This document shows positions 47,249-59,400 of a stretch of 64,000 nt of DNA, in pieces. The position numbers were made by a program, and so were the translations under genes. The notes beneath the pieces were generated by a model. The model worked only from the letters and a program-made list of their open reading frames with translations. It ran no database searches and was not told the DNA's origin. Positions within the stretch are counted from its first letter, which is position 1; each line of letters opens with the position of its first letter. This stretch comes from Macrostomum lignano (taxonomy: Eukaryota). Location: contig NIVC01003372.1 of NCBI GenBank assembly GCA_002269645.1, forward strand, positions 37,308 to 101,307, given 5' to 3'.

Positions 47249-48118
47249 TGTAGTGCATGCGCCCTTGTCAGTTGGCAGGGCGCGTTGCACTTTGGGGCTG
47301 GTTGGGGGGGTTGGCGGGCGTGGCAGGGTCTGGCCCCGGCCGGGCTTTGCGCGTGCCCCTCCCCAGCCGTGCCCCTGCCCCGTGCTCAGGGCTGGTTGGC
47401 TGCGGCCGGGCCAGCTTTGGCGCGGGTGCAGCCCCTCCCCCCTTAGGCGGGGTTTTGATTGGCTGGGCCGGCGTGGTTTGTTTTGGTGAGCTTAGCCGGT
47501 GGGGCCGTCTGCCCCAGGGTTTGGGTGCTATTTATGGTGCGACTCTGGCTCTTGCCCACCACCTGCGTGCTTTTTGGTGTTTTGGTGTGCTCCGAGAGTG
47601 CAAGCGCGAGACCTGATAAAAGAAACAGCAACATTAGCTACTTGGATAAAAGAAACACAATAGCCTAATTGAGAAGAGTCTTGGAGAATTAAGAAGAAGT
47701 CGGAAACTGCGCTTGAGACCTGCGAATAATAAACGGTGAACAGTCATCTGGCCACTGGTAAGCCGCCTGCTGTTTGAGTCCTTTCTTTCCGGGAAGCTTG
47801 CTAGGCCGAATTCTTGCCAGAGCGTCATAACGCCGGGAGACCATATAGCTTCTGTAGTACGGTACCGTTTACCATATATATTGCGTACGCCTTACGGTAT
47901 AGAGAATAGAAGCACTCGAGAGTGTCACCACACCTCAAGCCGCAGCGTGAACTCTGAGTGTCACAACACCAGAGGGATCGAATTATTATCGCAGAGCGTC
48001 GCCACGCCTGCTCGTCGTATTCATAAAAGTACAGACAGAGCGTCACAACGCCTGTTATTTCACATATAATATATATTGTACTCGGGACTGGGCACCCAAG
48101 CCGACCCGGGTTACAACA
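47249..48118 (+). repeat. 3' LTR (870 bp)
   Basis: Matches the 5' LTR; followed by TSD ATAT. Confidence 0.95.
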
Positions 48119-49946
48119 ATATCAACGAGTGGACTGGCGTGTATCACCGCGCCGGCCTACTGGTGCGTCCAAGCGACCTGTTGCGCTGTCGGCGACTCCA
48201 GCTGGCAGGTCATATCATCCGTGCTGAATCGTACTGGCCATAGCCGGTGCAGGAGGTCCTGCTGCTGATGCTGCAGGCACCGGCCCTACCGGCGGGGACA
48301 GGCGCGCACTCGGCGTTTCGTCGACTGCCTGCTGGCTGACGCCGGCGCCCCGGACTCTGCCGCCGGAGCGGCCTATGTTCGCACTCTGGCCTTGAGACGC
48401 GCCCTGTGACACTAGAGACTATCCAGTGTACTTTTGTTGTTTGTTGTTGTTGGCCTTGAGGCGCGCCGTGTGACGCTAACTGCGTATTCTGTTGTTGTTG
48501 TTCTGGTTATGCTATCTGTTATCTGGTTCTGGCTATGCCGTTTGGCGTGTACCTATAAAAAACCCGGATCAGCCGCTAGTTTTGTTCAGGGGAGCTCGAC
48601 CATGCACTAATCAAGCATACACTATCAACAGCCGAGAGTGTTCAGCTAAATTACAGCAGGATGCATACTATAGAGAGCGAGTTCTAGGGAGTCTTCACTG
48701 GAATCTGTTGTTTATAGTATATAGCTCGTACTTTTAGTACTTTATATAGTAATTGTCAGATACATAATATTGATTAATATTGTTAATGCAAATAGCTGTG
48801 CGTATCCCTTTCTAGAGAGTTCAATAAATATCCAATACAGTATCGTACCGATATATCTATGGTTGTTAGTTCATATCGCAAATACGCTAATACTTTAAGT
48901 GCCCCCCAAACTGCTCAATTTTTCATATTGTGTATTTCTTTTTGTTCAAACTGATAAAATATACTTAATTAAAAGAAGCAAATTTCAACAGAATGAATGT
49001 GTAATCGCTTGTACTTCGTACGTACGTATGGTCAAGTCACTTGGCTATATCCTGTTACATGTAATTTCTAGCTCATGTAACTGTAATATGATGTATGGGA
49101 TGTACGTATATGATAAATGTGTAGATCACAGTTTGTGAGTTCCACAAGTCATAAATAATGTTACCAATATGGCATGATAAACATGGCAATGTACATGTAT
49201 GCGCCTTATTGTAGGTAGAAACTGTGGTTCAGGTATATTCTATTGTATGTCAATACATTTTGCACTTACATGTATAGTCGGAGTTCACGTCCTGGAAAGC
49301 AATTACTCGTAGCACATGTGCATGAAGCTGTGATTCTTATTTTAAAGAAGATTCTTAACCAAATTTCTAAACAGTCCAGAGGTGCACGCACTAAATTCAG
49401 GGAACGGCAGGAGTCGCATGCGGACGTCCGTTCTGTCTTCCGTGTACTTCTACATGTACGATTAATATAAGAAATTCCATTGAAGCCATTCAGAATCGCT
49501 TCCGTACTTTATTGGTGCCCTCTCAAGTGCTAATGACCCCTCCTCGCTACGCCCCAACATTGGCACCTACACAGAACACACTAACACCTAACCTCATCTT
49601 TTAATGAGTTGCATAGCGCTATGCGTGATGAAGTACTGTACGAGTAACGCAGGTTACTATCGAAAATAATCTCAAAATTCTATCCCTTTTCTAACAGCCC
49701 GAAATACATTAACTCGATCCACGTATCGATCCACGTACTCGATATACGTAATTGTATGTGGCGCTTTCATCAATAAGGCTTTTTAGCATGTCCTAGTTTT
49801 TTTAACAAACGAACTAAATTAAGTTTATTAGAACATACTTAAGGTCTTAAAAATAGCGTTATACAGCTATATTCCCCTAGTACAGGAAGTTCCCAAAGCA
49901 CTTCTCTGGCTAGAGTTGGCGCCAGAGGAACTCGCTAAGATGAGAC

Positions 49947-50310
49947 TCAAAAAAGGTCGTCACTAGCGCCATGCTGGCTGCAAAACTTCGCCTTCACGAG
50001 TGCCCAGGTGCCTTCGATGTTGTTTGTGGGCACAGTTGGATCGTTTGGATCAACGAAATGCAGACGGTGATTGACAAACACCTGGGGAAGCGCACTATAT
50101 ACATGCCAGCCGTCAGTTAAAATGCGTGTCCCAGGCAACACATCTGCTGAATAATCTGACTCAGCAGACCGGTTGGGTACTTGTACCATCATGCATTTGC
50201 GTGTACCTTGCTCGACCATCCCAAGCACCCAGTGGCCCTCGCGGTAAGCTCCCTGGTAATATTTGCGATGAAAAAATTGGACTCATCCACTTCAACTTCT
50301 CTTCCTTTTA
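49947..50310 (-). pseudogene. Decayed Merlin / IS1595 (ISXO2-like) DDE transposase fragment
   Basis: Across frameshifts: VEVDES, then HRKYYQGAYREGHWVLGMVEQGTRKCMMVQVPNRSAE, then VLPGTRILTDGW..Y...VNHRLHFVDP...TNNIEGTWALVK. These are the IS1595/Merlin catalytic motifs. Confidence 0.85.
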
Positions 50311-50695
50311 TTGGCTTTTTTATTGCAAACAAAAAAGAACAATTATTTCTGTTTTCGTACAACATATCCTTTATTTTTTTCTCGCTTATCGCACATTCCA
50401 TTGTCAGCTGCTAGTATTTTCTATTTGTCGTTCTTTTTAAAAAAAAATGGCACAATTCAGGTACACTAAATGGCACACTATAATAAAAAACGAGAAAAGA
50501 ACACGGACAATTCGATTTAACAATTCCACAAGACTTAGCAACAGCCGCAAAAACGAACGTACCACGACGTGAACACCTACAAGTCAACTTATGATTTTTT
50601 GACCAAAATATAAAATATGCAGAAGGTACAAGTGGTCAGTTCAGCCACACTGTTAGAGCGCGACGACAGTCCTTTGGTCAAACCTCTCAGCTCTC

Positions 50696-50812
50696 AACTT
50701 CCACCACCTTCCCGCTCTCAGCTCCCGCCACCTTCCCGCTCTCAGCTCCCGCCACCTTCCCGCTCTCAGCTCCCGCCACCTTCCCGCTCTCAGCTCCCGC
50801 CACCTTACCGCT
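50696..50812. repeat. 24-bp tandem repeat (ccaccttcccgctctcagctcccg), about 5 copies
   Basis: Directly visible. Confidence 0.9.
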
Positions 50813-51539
50813 CTCCTCGCCTCTGCCAAAATTAGATATGGCTTGTCAATGCATGGCTTTTGTGTTATGGCTATTGGTGACTTGTGAAACCTCACTAACG
50901 GTGATCGGTACTAATGCGTGTATATGTGCATGCATAGAGTACATGAGCAAGAAACTAACAAGTTATGGATAAAAGTAGAGCAAGGGTAAAAGGTACGGAT
51001 AAACAAAGTTAAAAAATTGACTGTAAATAAAGCTAACAGGAACTGTCAATGATACGAATTTCCATTTGCTGACAGCTCAAGACAAAATCCTTTCAACGAC
51101 CGTTCCATTCTGAGCTAACTTTGATACGATCACCGCATTGCTGAAGGTTATGGTACGCTTTGCACCGACTGTAGCGTTGTTCGAGGCGGCTGCTTAGGCA
51201 GAACCAGCGGCAGTCCCGGCCGCAGCAGCGTTCTTCGAGGCGGAGACCAAAGCAAAGGTGCCAATAGGACAGCAGCTGGGCTTCACCGGTAGCTATTTCT
51301 GAAGGAAGAATGTGCTTTCAATAAGCTGTGCTGCTTGGTACTAATACGAGACTAGTTTTAGCAGAGGGCGGAGAAGCAGGGTACAGCAGATAGCAGAGAG
51401 GGCAGAGCAGGAAGCAAAGCCGTGCGGACAGAGCAGAAGGCAGAAAACCAGGAGGCAGAGCAGGAGAGAAAGAGCAAGGAGGCAGAGCCACTGGTCAAGA
51501 GTGAGGGAAGCCATGGGTCAGTAGAGGAAGCCATGGGTC

Positions 51540-53510
51540 AGGAGAGAGGGAAACAAGGGTCAGGAGTGAGGGAATCCAGGGTTCAGGAGAGAGGGAGCCA
51601 TGGGTCAGGAGGGAGGGAAGCCAGGGGGTCAGGAGGGAGGGAAACAAGGGTCAGGAGGGAGAGAAGCCAGGGTCAGGGGAGGGAAGCCAGGGTCAGGGGG
51701 AGAGAAGCCAGGGTCAGGGGAAGGAAGCCAGGGTCAGTAAGGAGAAAAGCCAGGGTCAGGGGGAGAGAAGCCAGAGTCAGGGGAAGGAAGCCAGGGTCAG
51801 GATAGGGAAGCCAGGGTCGGGGGAGAGAAGCCAGGGTCAGGGGAGAGAAGCCAGGGTCGGGGGAGAGAAGCTAGGGTCAGGGGAGGGAAGCCAAGGTCTG
51901 GGGAAGGAAGCCAGGGTCAGGGCAGGGAAGCTAGGGTCAGGGGAAGAAAGAAGCCAGGGTCAAGGGAGGGAAGCCAGGGTCAGGACAGGGAAGCCAGGGT
52001 CAGGGGAGAGAAGCCAGGGGTTAGTAAGGAGAAAAGCCAGGCCAGGCAGAGAGAAGCCAGGGTCAGGGGAGAGAAGCCAGGGTCAGGGGAGAGAAGCTAG
52101 GGTCAAGGGAGGGAAGCCAGGGTCAGGGGAGGAGAGAAGCCAGGGTCAGGGGAGGGAAGCCAGGGTCACGGGAGGGAAGCCAGGGTCAGGGGGGAGAAGC
52201 CAGGGTCAGGGGAGGGAAGCCAGGGTCAGGGGGAGAAGCCAGGGTCAGGGGAGGGAAGCCAGGGTCAGGGGAGGGAAGCCAGGGTCGAGGAGGGAAGCCA
52301 GGGTCAGGGGGGAGAAGCCAGGGTCAGGGGAGGGAAGCCAGGGTCAGGGGGGAGAAGCCAGGGTCAGGGGAAGGAAGCCAGGGTCAGGGGAGAGAAGCCA
52401 GGGTCAGGGGAGGGAAGCCAGGGTCAGGGGAGGGAAGCCAGGGTCAGGGGAGGGAAGCCAGGGTCAAGGGAGGGAAGCCAGGGTCAGGGGAGGAGAGAAG
52501 CCAGGGTCAGGGGAGGGAAGCCAGGGTCACGGGAGGGAAGCCAGGGTCAGGGGGGAGAAGCCAGGGTCAGGGGAGGGAAGCCAGGGTCAGGGGGGAGAAC
52601 CCAGGGTCAGGGGAGGGAAGCCAGGGTCAGGGGAGGGAAGCCAAGGTCGAGGAGGGAAGCCAGGGTCAGGGGGAGAGAAGCCAGGGTCAGGGGAGAGAAG
52701 CCAGGGTCAGGGGAGGGAAGCCAGGGTCGGGGAGGGAAGCTAGGGTCAGGGGGAGAGAAGCTAGGGTCAAGGGGAGAGAAGTCAGGGTCAGGGGAAGGAA
52801 GCCAGGGTCAGGGGAGGGAAGCCAGGGTCAAGGGAGGGAAGCCAGGGTCAGGAGAGGGAAGCCAGGGTCAGGGGAGGGAAGCCAGGGTCAGGGGAGAGAA
52901 GCCAGGGCCAAGTGGAGAGAAGCCAGGGTCGAGGGTTGTGAAGCCAGGGTCAGGGGAAGGAAGCCAGGGTCAGAGAGGAGAGAAGCCAGGGTCAGGGGAG
53001 GAGAAAAGCCAGGGTCAGGGAAGGGAAGCCAGGGTCAGGGGAGTGAAGCCAGGGTCAGGGAGGAGAGAAGCCAGGGGTCAGTAAGGAGAGAAGCCAGGGT
53101 CAGGGGGAGGGAAGCCAAGGTCAGGAGAGGGAAGCCAAGGATTAGGAAGGAGGGAAGCCAGGGGTCAGGGGGAGAGAAGCCAGGGTCAGGGGAGGGAAGC
53201 CAGGGTCAGGGGAGGGAAGCTAGGGTCAGGGGGAGAAGCCAGGGTCAGGGGGAGAAGCCAGGGTCAGGGGAGGGAAGCCGGGGCCAAGTAGAGAGAAGCC
53301 AGGGTCAGGGGAAGGAAGCCAGGGTCAGGGGAAGGAAGCCAGGGTCAGGGGAGGGAAGCCAGGGTCAGGGGAAGGAAGCCAGGGTCAGGGAGGAGAGAAG
53401 CCAGGGGTCAGGGGAGGAGAAAAGCCAGGGTCAGGGAAGGGAAGCCAGGGTCAGGGGAGTGAAGCCAGGGTCAGGGAGGAGAGAAGCCAGGGGTCAGTAA
53501 GGAGAGAAGC
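51540..53510 (+). repeat. G-rich ~21-23-bp tandem repeat (agccagggtcaggggagggaag) inside the right TIR
   Basis: About 2 kb, versus about 0.6 kb for the homologous array in the left TIR. Confidence 0.95.
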
Positions 53511-54394
53511 TAGGGTTAGAGGGAGGAAATCCAAGGTTAGGGGAGAGGGGAACTAAGGAAAGGAAAATAAGTCAAACATCAGGTATTTGATATAAAATAT
53601 TGTAGGCTTAGTTTTATAGTTTGTTATTTAGTCAAAGGCCTATTGGTATACATAAAGATTAAAGTAGATAGATAAAAAAAACAAAATTTTAAGGCTCTTA
53701 TCTAGTCCAATATACTAAAAATGGTCTGTCGGTATGTGTGTGTGTGTATGTGTGTGTGTGTGATCGATTTTAGCAAAAACGGCTCAACCGATTTTCTTCG
53801 AACTTGCACTGTTCGATCAGAAATTTTCCCGTGACAGTACATGCATCGTGGCTAAGAAATTGCTTGATGCTAAAGGGATTAAATATTCGAAAAACATGCT
53901 TTTTTGCAAAGGTCAAGCAGCTCTTTCGACTTGAAATGCATCGTAAGAATGCTAGCAGAAAAACTGACTGGTTGAATTCTGATTCTGAAATAGATTGCAT
54001 CACAATACACTTTATTTATCGTCTGTGTACTGGCTGAATTTGACACTCAATTGAATTGCGTCACAGCTTTGAGTGTGAAAGCATAGCGCAGTACTGAATT
54101 TATATTACGTAACCATATTGTAAACTTTCATAGACACTGGTACTGACTTGCCTAAGAAATTGATTATGTCATAACTGCTTCGTGAGACTTTTTACTCTAC
54201 CTGACTTGGTGTGAGTGTTGAATTATATAAGTGGTACAACATCACTGATAACTTCGATGAGAGCTAGCCTAGAGCTGAACAGACCAGACTGCTAATGCAG
54301 CGACCTAGGTTCGAATCTAAGTAGTTTAAAAGTAGTAGTGTAAAATTTTTTATTAAAAGGTTTTATTAAAGGACTAAATAAAAACACTTAGATT

Positions 54395-55935
54395 ACTGCA
54401 CTCGATAAGCCAAGGATTATTGCTATTAATAAACCAAGGACTACTGCACTCGATAAACCAAGGACTATTGCTCTTGGCAAACCAAAGATTACTGCACTTG
54501 ATTAATCAAGGATTATTGCTATTAATAAACCAAGGATTACGGCACTTGGAAAACCAAGGATTACTGCACTCGATAAACCAAGGACTATTGCTCTTGGCAA
54601 ACCAAGGATTACTGCACTCAAGAAGCCAAGAATTATTGCACTTGGAAAACCAAGGATTAATGCACTCGATAAACCAAGGACTATTGCTCTTGGCAAACCA
54701 AGGATTACTGCACTCAAGAAGCCAAGGATTATTGCTATTAATAAACCAAGGATTACTGCACTTGGAAAACCAAGGATTACTGCACTCGATAAACCAAGGA
54801 CTATTGCTCTTGGCAAACCAAGGATTACTGCACTCAAGAAGCCAAGGATTATTGCACTTGGAAAACCAAGGATTACTGCACTCGATAAACCAAGGACTAT
54901 TGCACTTGATAAACCAAGGAATATTGCACTTGATAGGCCAAGGATTACTGCACTTGATAAACCAAGGATTATTGCACTTGATAAACCAAGGATTATTGCT
55001 CTTGGCAAACCAAGGATTACTGCACTCGATAAGCCAAGGATTATTGCTCTTAATAAACCAAGGATTACTGCACTTGGAAAACTAAGGATTACTGCACTCG
55101 ATAAACTAAGGATTATTGCTCTTGGCAAACCAAGGATTATTGCACTTGATAGGCCAAGGATTACTGCACTTGATAAACCAAGGATTATTGCACTTGATAA
55201 ACCAAGGATTATTGCACTTGATAAGCCAAGGATTATTGCACTTGATAGGCCAAGGATTACTGCGCTTGATAAACCAAGGACTATTGCACTTGATAAACCA
55301 AGGATTATTGCAGTTGATAAGCCAAGGATTATTGCACTTGATAAACCAAGGATTATTGCACTTGATAAACCAAGGATTATTGCACTTGATAAACCAAGGA
55401 TTATTGCACTTGATAGGCCAAGGATTACTGCACTTGATAAACCAAGGATTATTGCACTTGATAGGCCAAAGATTACTGCGCTTGATAAACCAAGGATTAT
55501 TGCAGTTGATAAGCCAAGGATTATTGCACTTGATAAACCAAGGATTATTGCACTTGATAAACCAAGGATTATTTCACTTGATAAACCAAGGATTATTGCA
55601 CTTGATAAACAAATATTGCACTTGATAAACCAAGGATTATTGCACCTGATAAGCCAAGGATTACTGCGCTAGATAAACCAAGGATTATTGCACTTGATAA
55701 ACCAAGGATTATTGCACTTAATAAACCAAGGATTATTGCACTTGATAAACCAAGGATTATTGCACTTGATAAACAAAGGATTATTGCACTTGATAAACCA
55801 AGGATTATTGCACTTGATAAGCCAAAGATTACTGCACTTGATAAACCAAGGATTATTGCACTTGATAAACCAAGGATTATTGCACTTGATTAATCAAGGA
55901 TTATTGCTATTAATAAACCAAGGATTATTGCACTA
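54395..55935. repeat. 24-bp minisatellite (aaccaaggattattgcacttgata) inside the Helitron-like element
   Basis: About 60 copies; source of the LHLINQGL ORFs. Confidence 0.95.
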
Positions 55936-56069
55936 GCTGAGAAGCTGATTACTGCGCTGTCTAAAAAAGAGATTATTGCGCTCGCTGAGACGTGGATTGT
56001 TGCACAACCTGAGAAAGCGATTATTGCATTAGCGGAAGTAACATTTGCACTAGCTACTTGCTGTCTCGT

Positions 56070-56455
56070 GGATGCTTGCTCTCGAGGGGGGATACTTGCT
56101 ATTTGGGAGAGGGGGTACTGCCTACATGCATGGGATTCTTTCTATCCAGGGATGCTTGCTATTCAGGGATTCTTGCTATCTGCAGGATGCTTGCTATTTA
56201 GGGATTCTTGCTATCTGCAGGATGCTTGCTATCTGGGTGGATGCTTCTATAATATCTGGGGGGTGCTTGCTATCTGCAGGATGCTTCTATAATATCTGGG
56301 GGTGCTTGATATCTGCATGATTGCTTGCTATCTGAGTGGATGCTTGCTATCTGGGTGGATGCTTCTATAATATCTGGGGGGTGCTTGCTAATCTGCAGAT
56401 GCTTGCTATCTGTGGTGATTCTTGCTATGAGCATTAGAGGATGCTTGCTATCTGC
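56070..56455. repeat. Degenerate ggatgcttgctatct-type repeats inside the Helitron-like element
   Basis: Visible imperfect copies. Confidence 0.75.
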
Positions 56456-59400
56456 GATTGTTCACTTTTGGAGGGGGTTGCTTGCTGTCTTGGGAATATT
56501 TTCTATTTAGTGAAACGATATTTTGTTGACTGTTTGTTAATTTTAGAGAAAAAGTGATTTTTAATTTTGCAAACATCTTAGTCTGTGACAATTTTACACG
56601 AATAAGGTGATTTTTAAAATGTGAAGAAGGAATTAATGTTTAAGAAAATGTGTTTTTTTATTGTTTTCCATGAACTATTTTTGCTCCTTTCTTATTGGGC
56701 GCCCGAAGGGGGCCGCACTAGATTGCTAGTAAGTTAGCTAAATCTATTCATTAAGGCCAAGTCAATAAGCTAGGCCTAGGCTTAGTGCTCAATAGGCTTT
56801 CGTACACACAGGGCTATAGCTAAATAATAGAATTTAATTGAATTGAAGCCTTTTTATAATTGAATAAAAGCAGCTTATAAGTTACTTCTCATAATATTAG
56901 ACCTACATTTATATTTCAAATGCCTGTATTATTAATTAACTGACACGTGACAGGCTTTAAAACTATAGAAAAAAATTACTCAAGCAATCACATAATAATG
57001 CACAAGAAATTTAAGAAAAGCTCCTTTCATTTATCTTGTACACGAAGCCTTCACTTGTTCAGTCTAGTGCATAGGCCAGCACAGCAATGCACAGTAGCAC
57101 AACAAATATGCCTTAAAAGCTTTTGTTGAACGTTGAACACAGGAACCTTAGCTCATTCCTGTAAATTTTGTTTTCAAATTACATGCAAGCGAATTAATAT
57201 TAACAAACGTCGATTTTTCTACTGCAAATTGTTATTAAACACCCGTGAAAGCTTTCAATTGATACACTCCCATTTGATTGTATGGGAGCGCGCTTTGGGC
57301 CCGTCTAGCCGGGAAAAGCGAGAGCTCGAGAGCGCGCTTTCCTGCCGGTTAGCCCGATGATTTTGTAAGCTTTTGGCCCGGCTAGCCGGTTGTCGTCGGG
57401 TGACTGGAAAGGCGGGCGTCTGGGCTTTGTCTATCGATTTTTTAAGAGACACAGAAGAGCGCGGAGGGCGGGAGTGTACTTAGCCCAGTGTACACTTGGG
57501 TGGGAGGGGGGCTTTCAACTTTTCACTCACCCAACCGAGGCTGAGGGAGGGCGAAGGAGACGAGAGAGGGAAGCTCTGGTCGTCTAGAAAAGAAGTTATA
57601 TACATTTTAAAAGCTTCTTGCGCACGGCAGCAACGAAACAGACTTTGTCTCATATACACAGGTCCCTAGTACAGCTACTAGAGCAAATCATTAGGTAAGT
57701 GGCGATTGCAGATGCAGCTAAACGTTTTATAATGCTTACATTATATTAAGAGTTGTATTCTCGAATACAACTAATGAATTTAGGTAATTCACAGATAAAG
57801 TCAGTGGAATGATTGACAGCTAGAGATTCCAATCTCGGGATCCTAGGATTTGGCCTCTAAAGCCAGGATTTCAGTCCTAGGATTTTTCATCAATAGAATA
57901 AGAAATCCTGGGATTGCAAATGCAATTTATCATAAAAAATATTTTTTCATTGTGTCTAATGAAATGTATGCCATCCAGATAATGTTGGCTGCATGCCAAA
58001 TTGTGAAAAAATTGTTTGCACGCCAAGGATGCAGAGTTTTTTGAAATTGCACACCAAAATTGCCAATGAAGGGGCAGCGTGATAGAGAATGTAGCCAATT
58101 GTCAATTACTTTGCTGACATTGTATTGCGTAGCTCTCGGGTCAGAAAAAATGGTATCCGATGCCCTTTGTATAAAAAAGACAACATATTTTTCACTTTAA
58201 AGAGACAAACTTGCTTCCATTTTTGTATTTACCAAAAAGCAATATTAAACAGAATAATTTATTTATTTATATTATTTACAGTCTAATTTACAAAACTTAA
58301 AATTTTTTTACAGATTAACAGAACAGAAAATTCTGTTTTAGTCATTCAAAGTCCATTATATAATTGATTAATATTTATAATTGTAAATACAGATACATAA
58401 AACACACATTTGATCTCTTTTTAAATGCAATGTACGATGGCACGCTAAACCATCGCCATCCACCCATAGTCCGGATTGTGCTGGCTGCACGCCCGAAAAA
58501 AATTTCTAGGCCATAGTGCATGCAAAAAAAAATAGTTTTGCACGCCAAAAAAATGCATTGAGAAAAAACAAGTGTCAAGCCCGTCAAAAGCTGCCGATGT
58601 ATGGATAGCGGAGAGCCCTTGCTTCCGCTTGTCCATGGCCTTGCTGACATTGTAGTGTGTTGCCTGCGCATCGACAAAAAATGGCGTACGATGTTTGCGC
58701 AGCCGCCTGTCAGCGTCACCGCTGTAGTAAAGCTACACGCACTTGTCTAGGAAGTGCTCACGCGATTGGCTTCCTAAAGGTGGCAGCATCCACTGCAGCT
58801 TTGTCCTAAGCTAAAGTGTGTTGTTGCTCTGACTGCCCTGCTGCTGCTGGGAACACATAGTAAAGTAAAATGACTCCACTATGGCTTTTAAAAGGTTAGA
58901 TAAAATTGAATTTCTGTTATTGGATATAGAAAAAATGTATAAAATAAAAGAAAATTTACCAGAACCACCACAACACAGTGCGAAGTCCAGCAGTGCGCAA
59001 GCTTTCTGCCTAGCCAGATTGAAGATGCGTGGGTCATTATAAAATGACCGGTAGATGCCACATTCATCTACTGTGGTGACAAAACGATTGCCATCTTGCA
59101 TTTCAACTGCCAAGTGCAGAGCCAGATCTGCTAGACGTTGCGATGGGGCGCGCTTTAGACTGACAATCTCGCCACTGATAGCTGGGTTTAACTAGCCCTC
59201 GCGGCCATCGCCAGATAGCAATGTCTTGTGAATGGCATTCATGTACAAAGCAACGTAGAGTCGAGACAGATGCTTGTCCAAGTTCTGCAGGTGCTTAAAC
59301 TGCAAGGCCTGTTTGACCAGTCGGAAGGACGAAGCGGACAATGTCAGCTCCTCAACTTTGAGGCTGACTTTGTTGGCCGACTCGGACACCAAGATGCTAA

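Larger units (their letters stand above)
38275..48118 (+). mobile_element. Full-length Ty3/Gypsy LTR retrotransposon (9844 bp) with an extra J-domain ORF
   Basis: TG...CA LTRs, 4-bp TSD ATAT (38271-38274 and 48119-48122), PBS, PPT, gag, and pol in PR-RT-RH-IN order. Confidence 0.97.
53701..56729 (+). mobile_element. Non-autonomous Helitron-like element (~3.0 kb)
   Basis: Absent from the left TIR. 5' A|TC start followed by a (TG)n tract; 3' GC hairpin ggcgccc-gaa-gggggcc (56698-56714), 11 nt spacer, then CTAG|T. No Rep/helicase ORF. Confidence 0.7.
33974..57402. mobile_element. Giant (23.4 kb) long-TIR / foldback-type DNA element with 7-bp TSD ACTGGAA; no intact transposase seen
   Basis: CACCCGACGACAACCGG... 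at 33974 is the reverse complement of ...CCGGTTGTCGTCGGGTG ending at 57402. Identity stops exactly there, and ACTGGAA flanks both ends (33967-33973 and 57403-57409). Inverted homology continues inward for kilobases. Confidence 0.8.
51240..57402 (-). repeat. Right terminal inverted repeat of the giant element, enlarged by repeat expansion and a 3-kb insert
   Basis: Reverse complement of 33974-35760 apart from the longer G-rich array and the 53701-56729 insert. Confidence 0.8.

Noticed and set aside
33974-57402. Giant TIR element as a Maverick/Polinton
   Set aside because: No pPolB, integrase, ATPase or capsid ORFs. Mavericks have 6-bp TSDs and AG/AGT-repeat termini, unlike the 7-bp TSD and CACCC end here.
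58733-59194. Three in-frame stops all being TAG, suggesting stop-codon reassignment
   Set aside because: Retrotransposon ORF3 terminates at TAG. Single substitutions (CAG, TGG or GAG to TAG) explain the stops, and the same gene also shows a frameshift and a hAT insertion, so decay is simpler.
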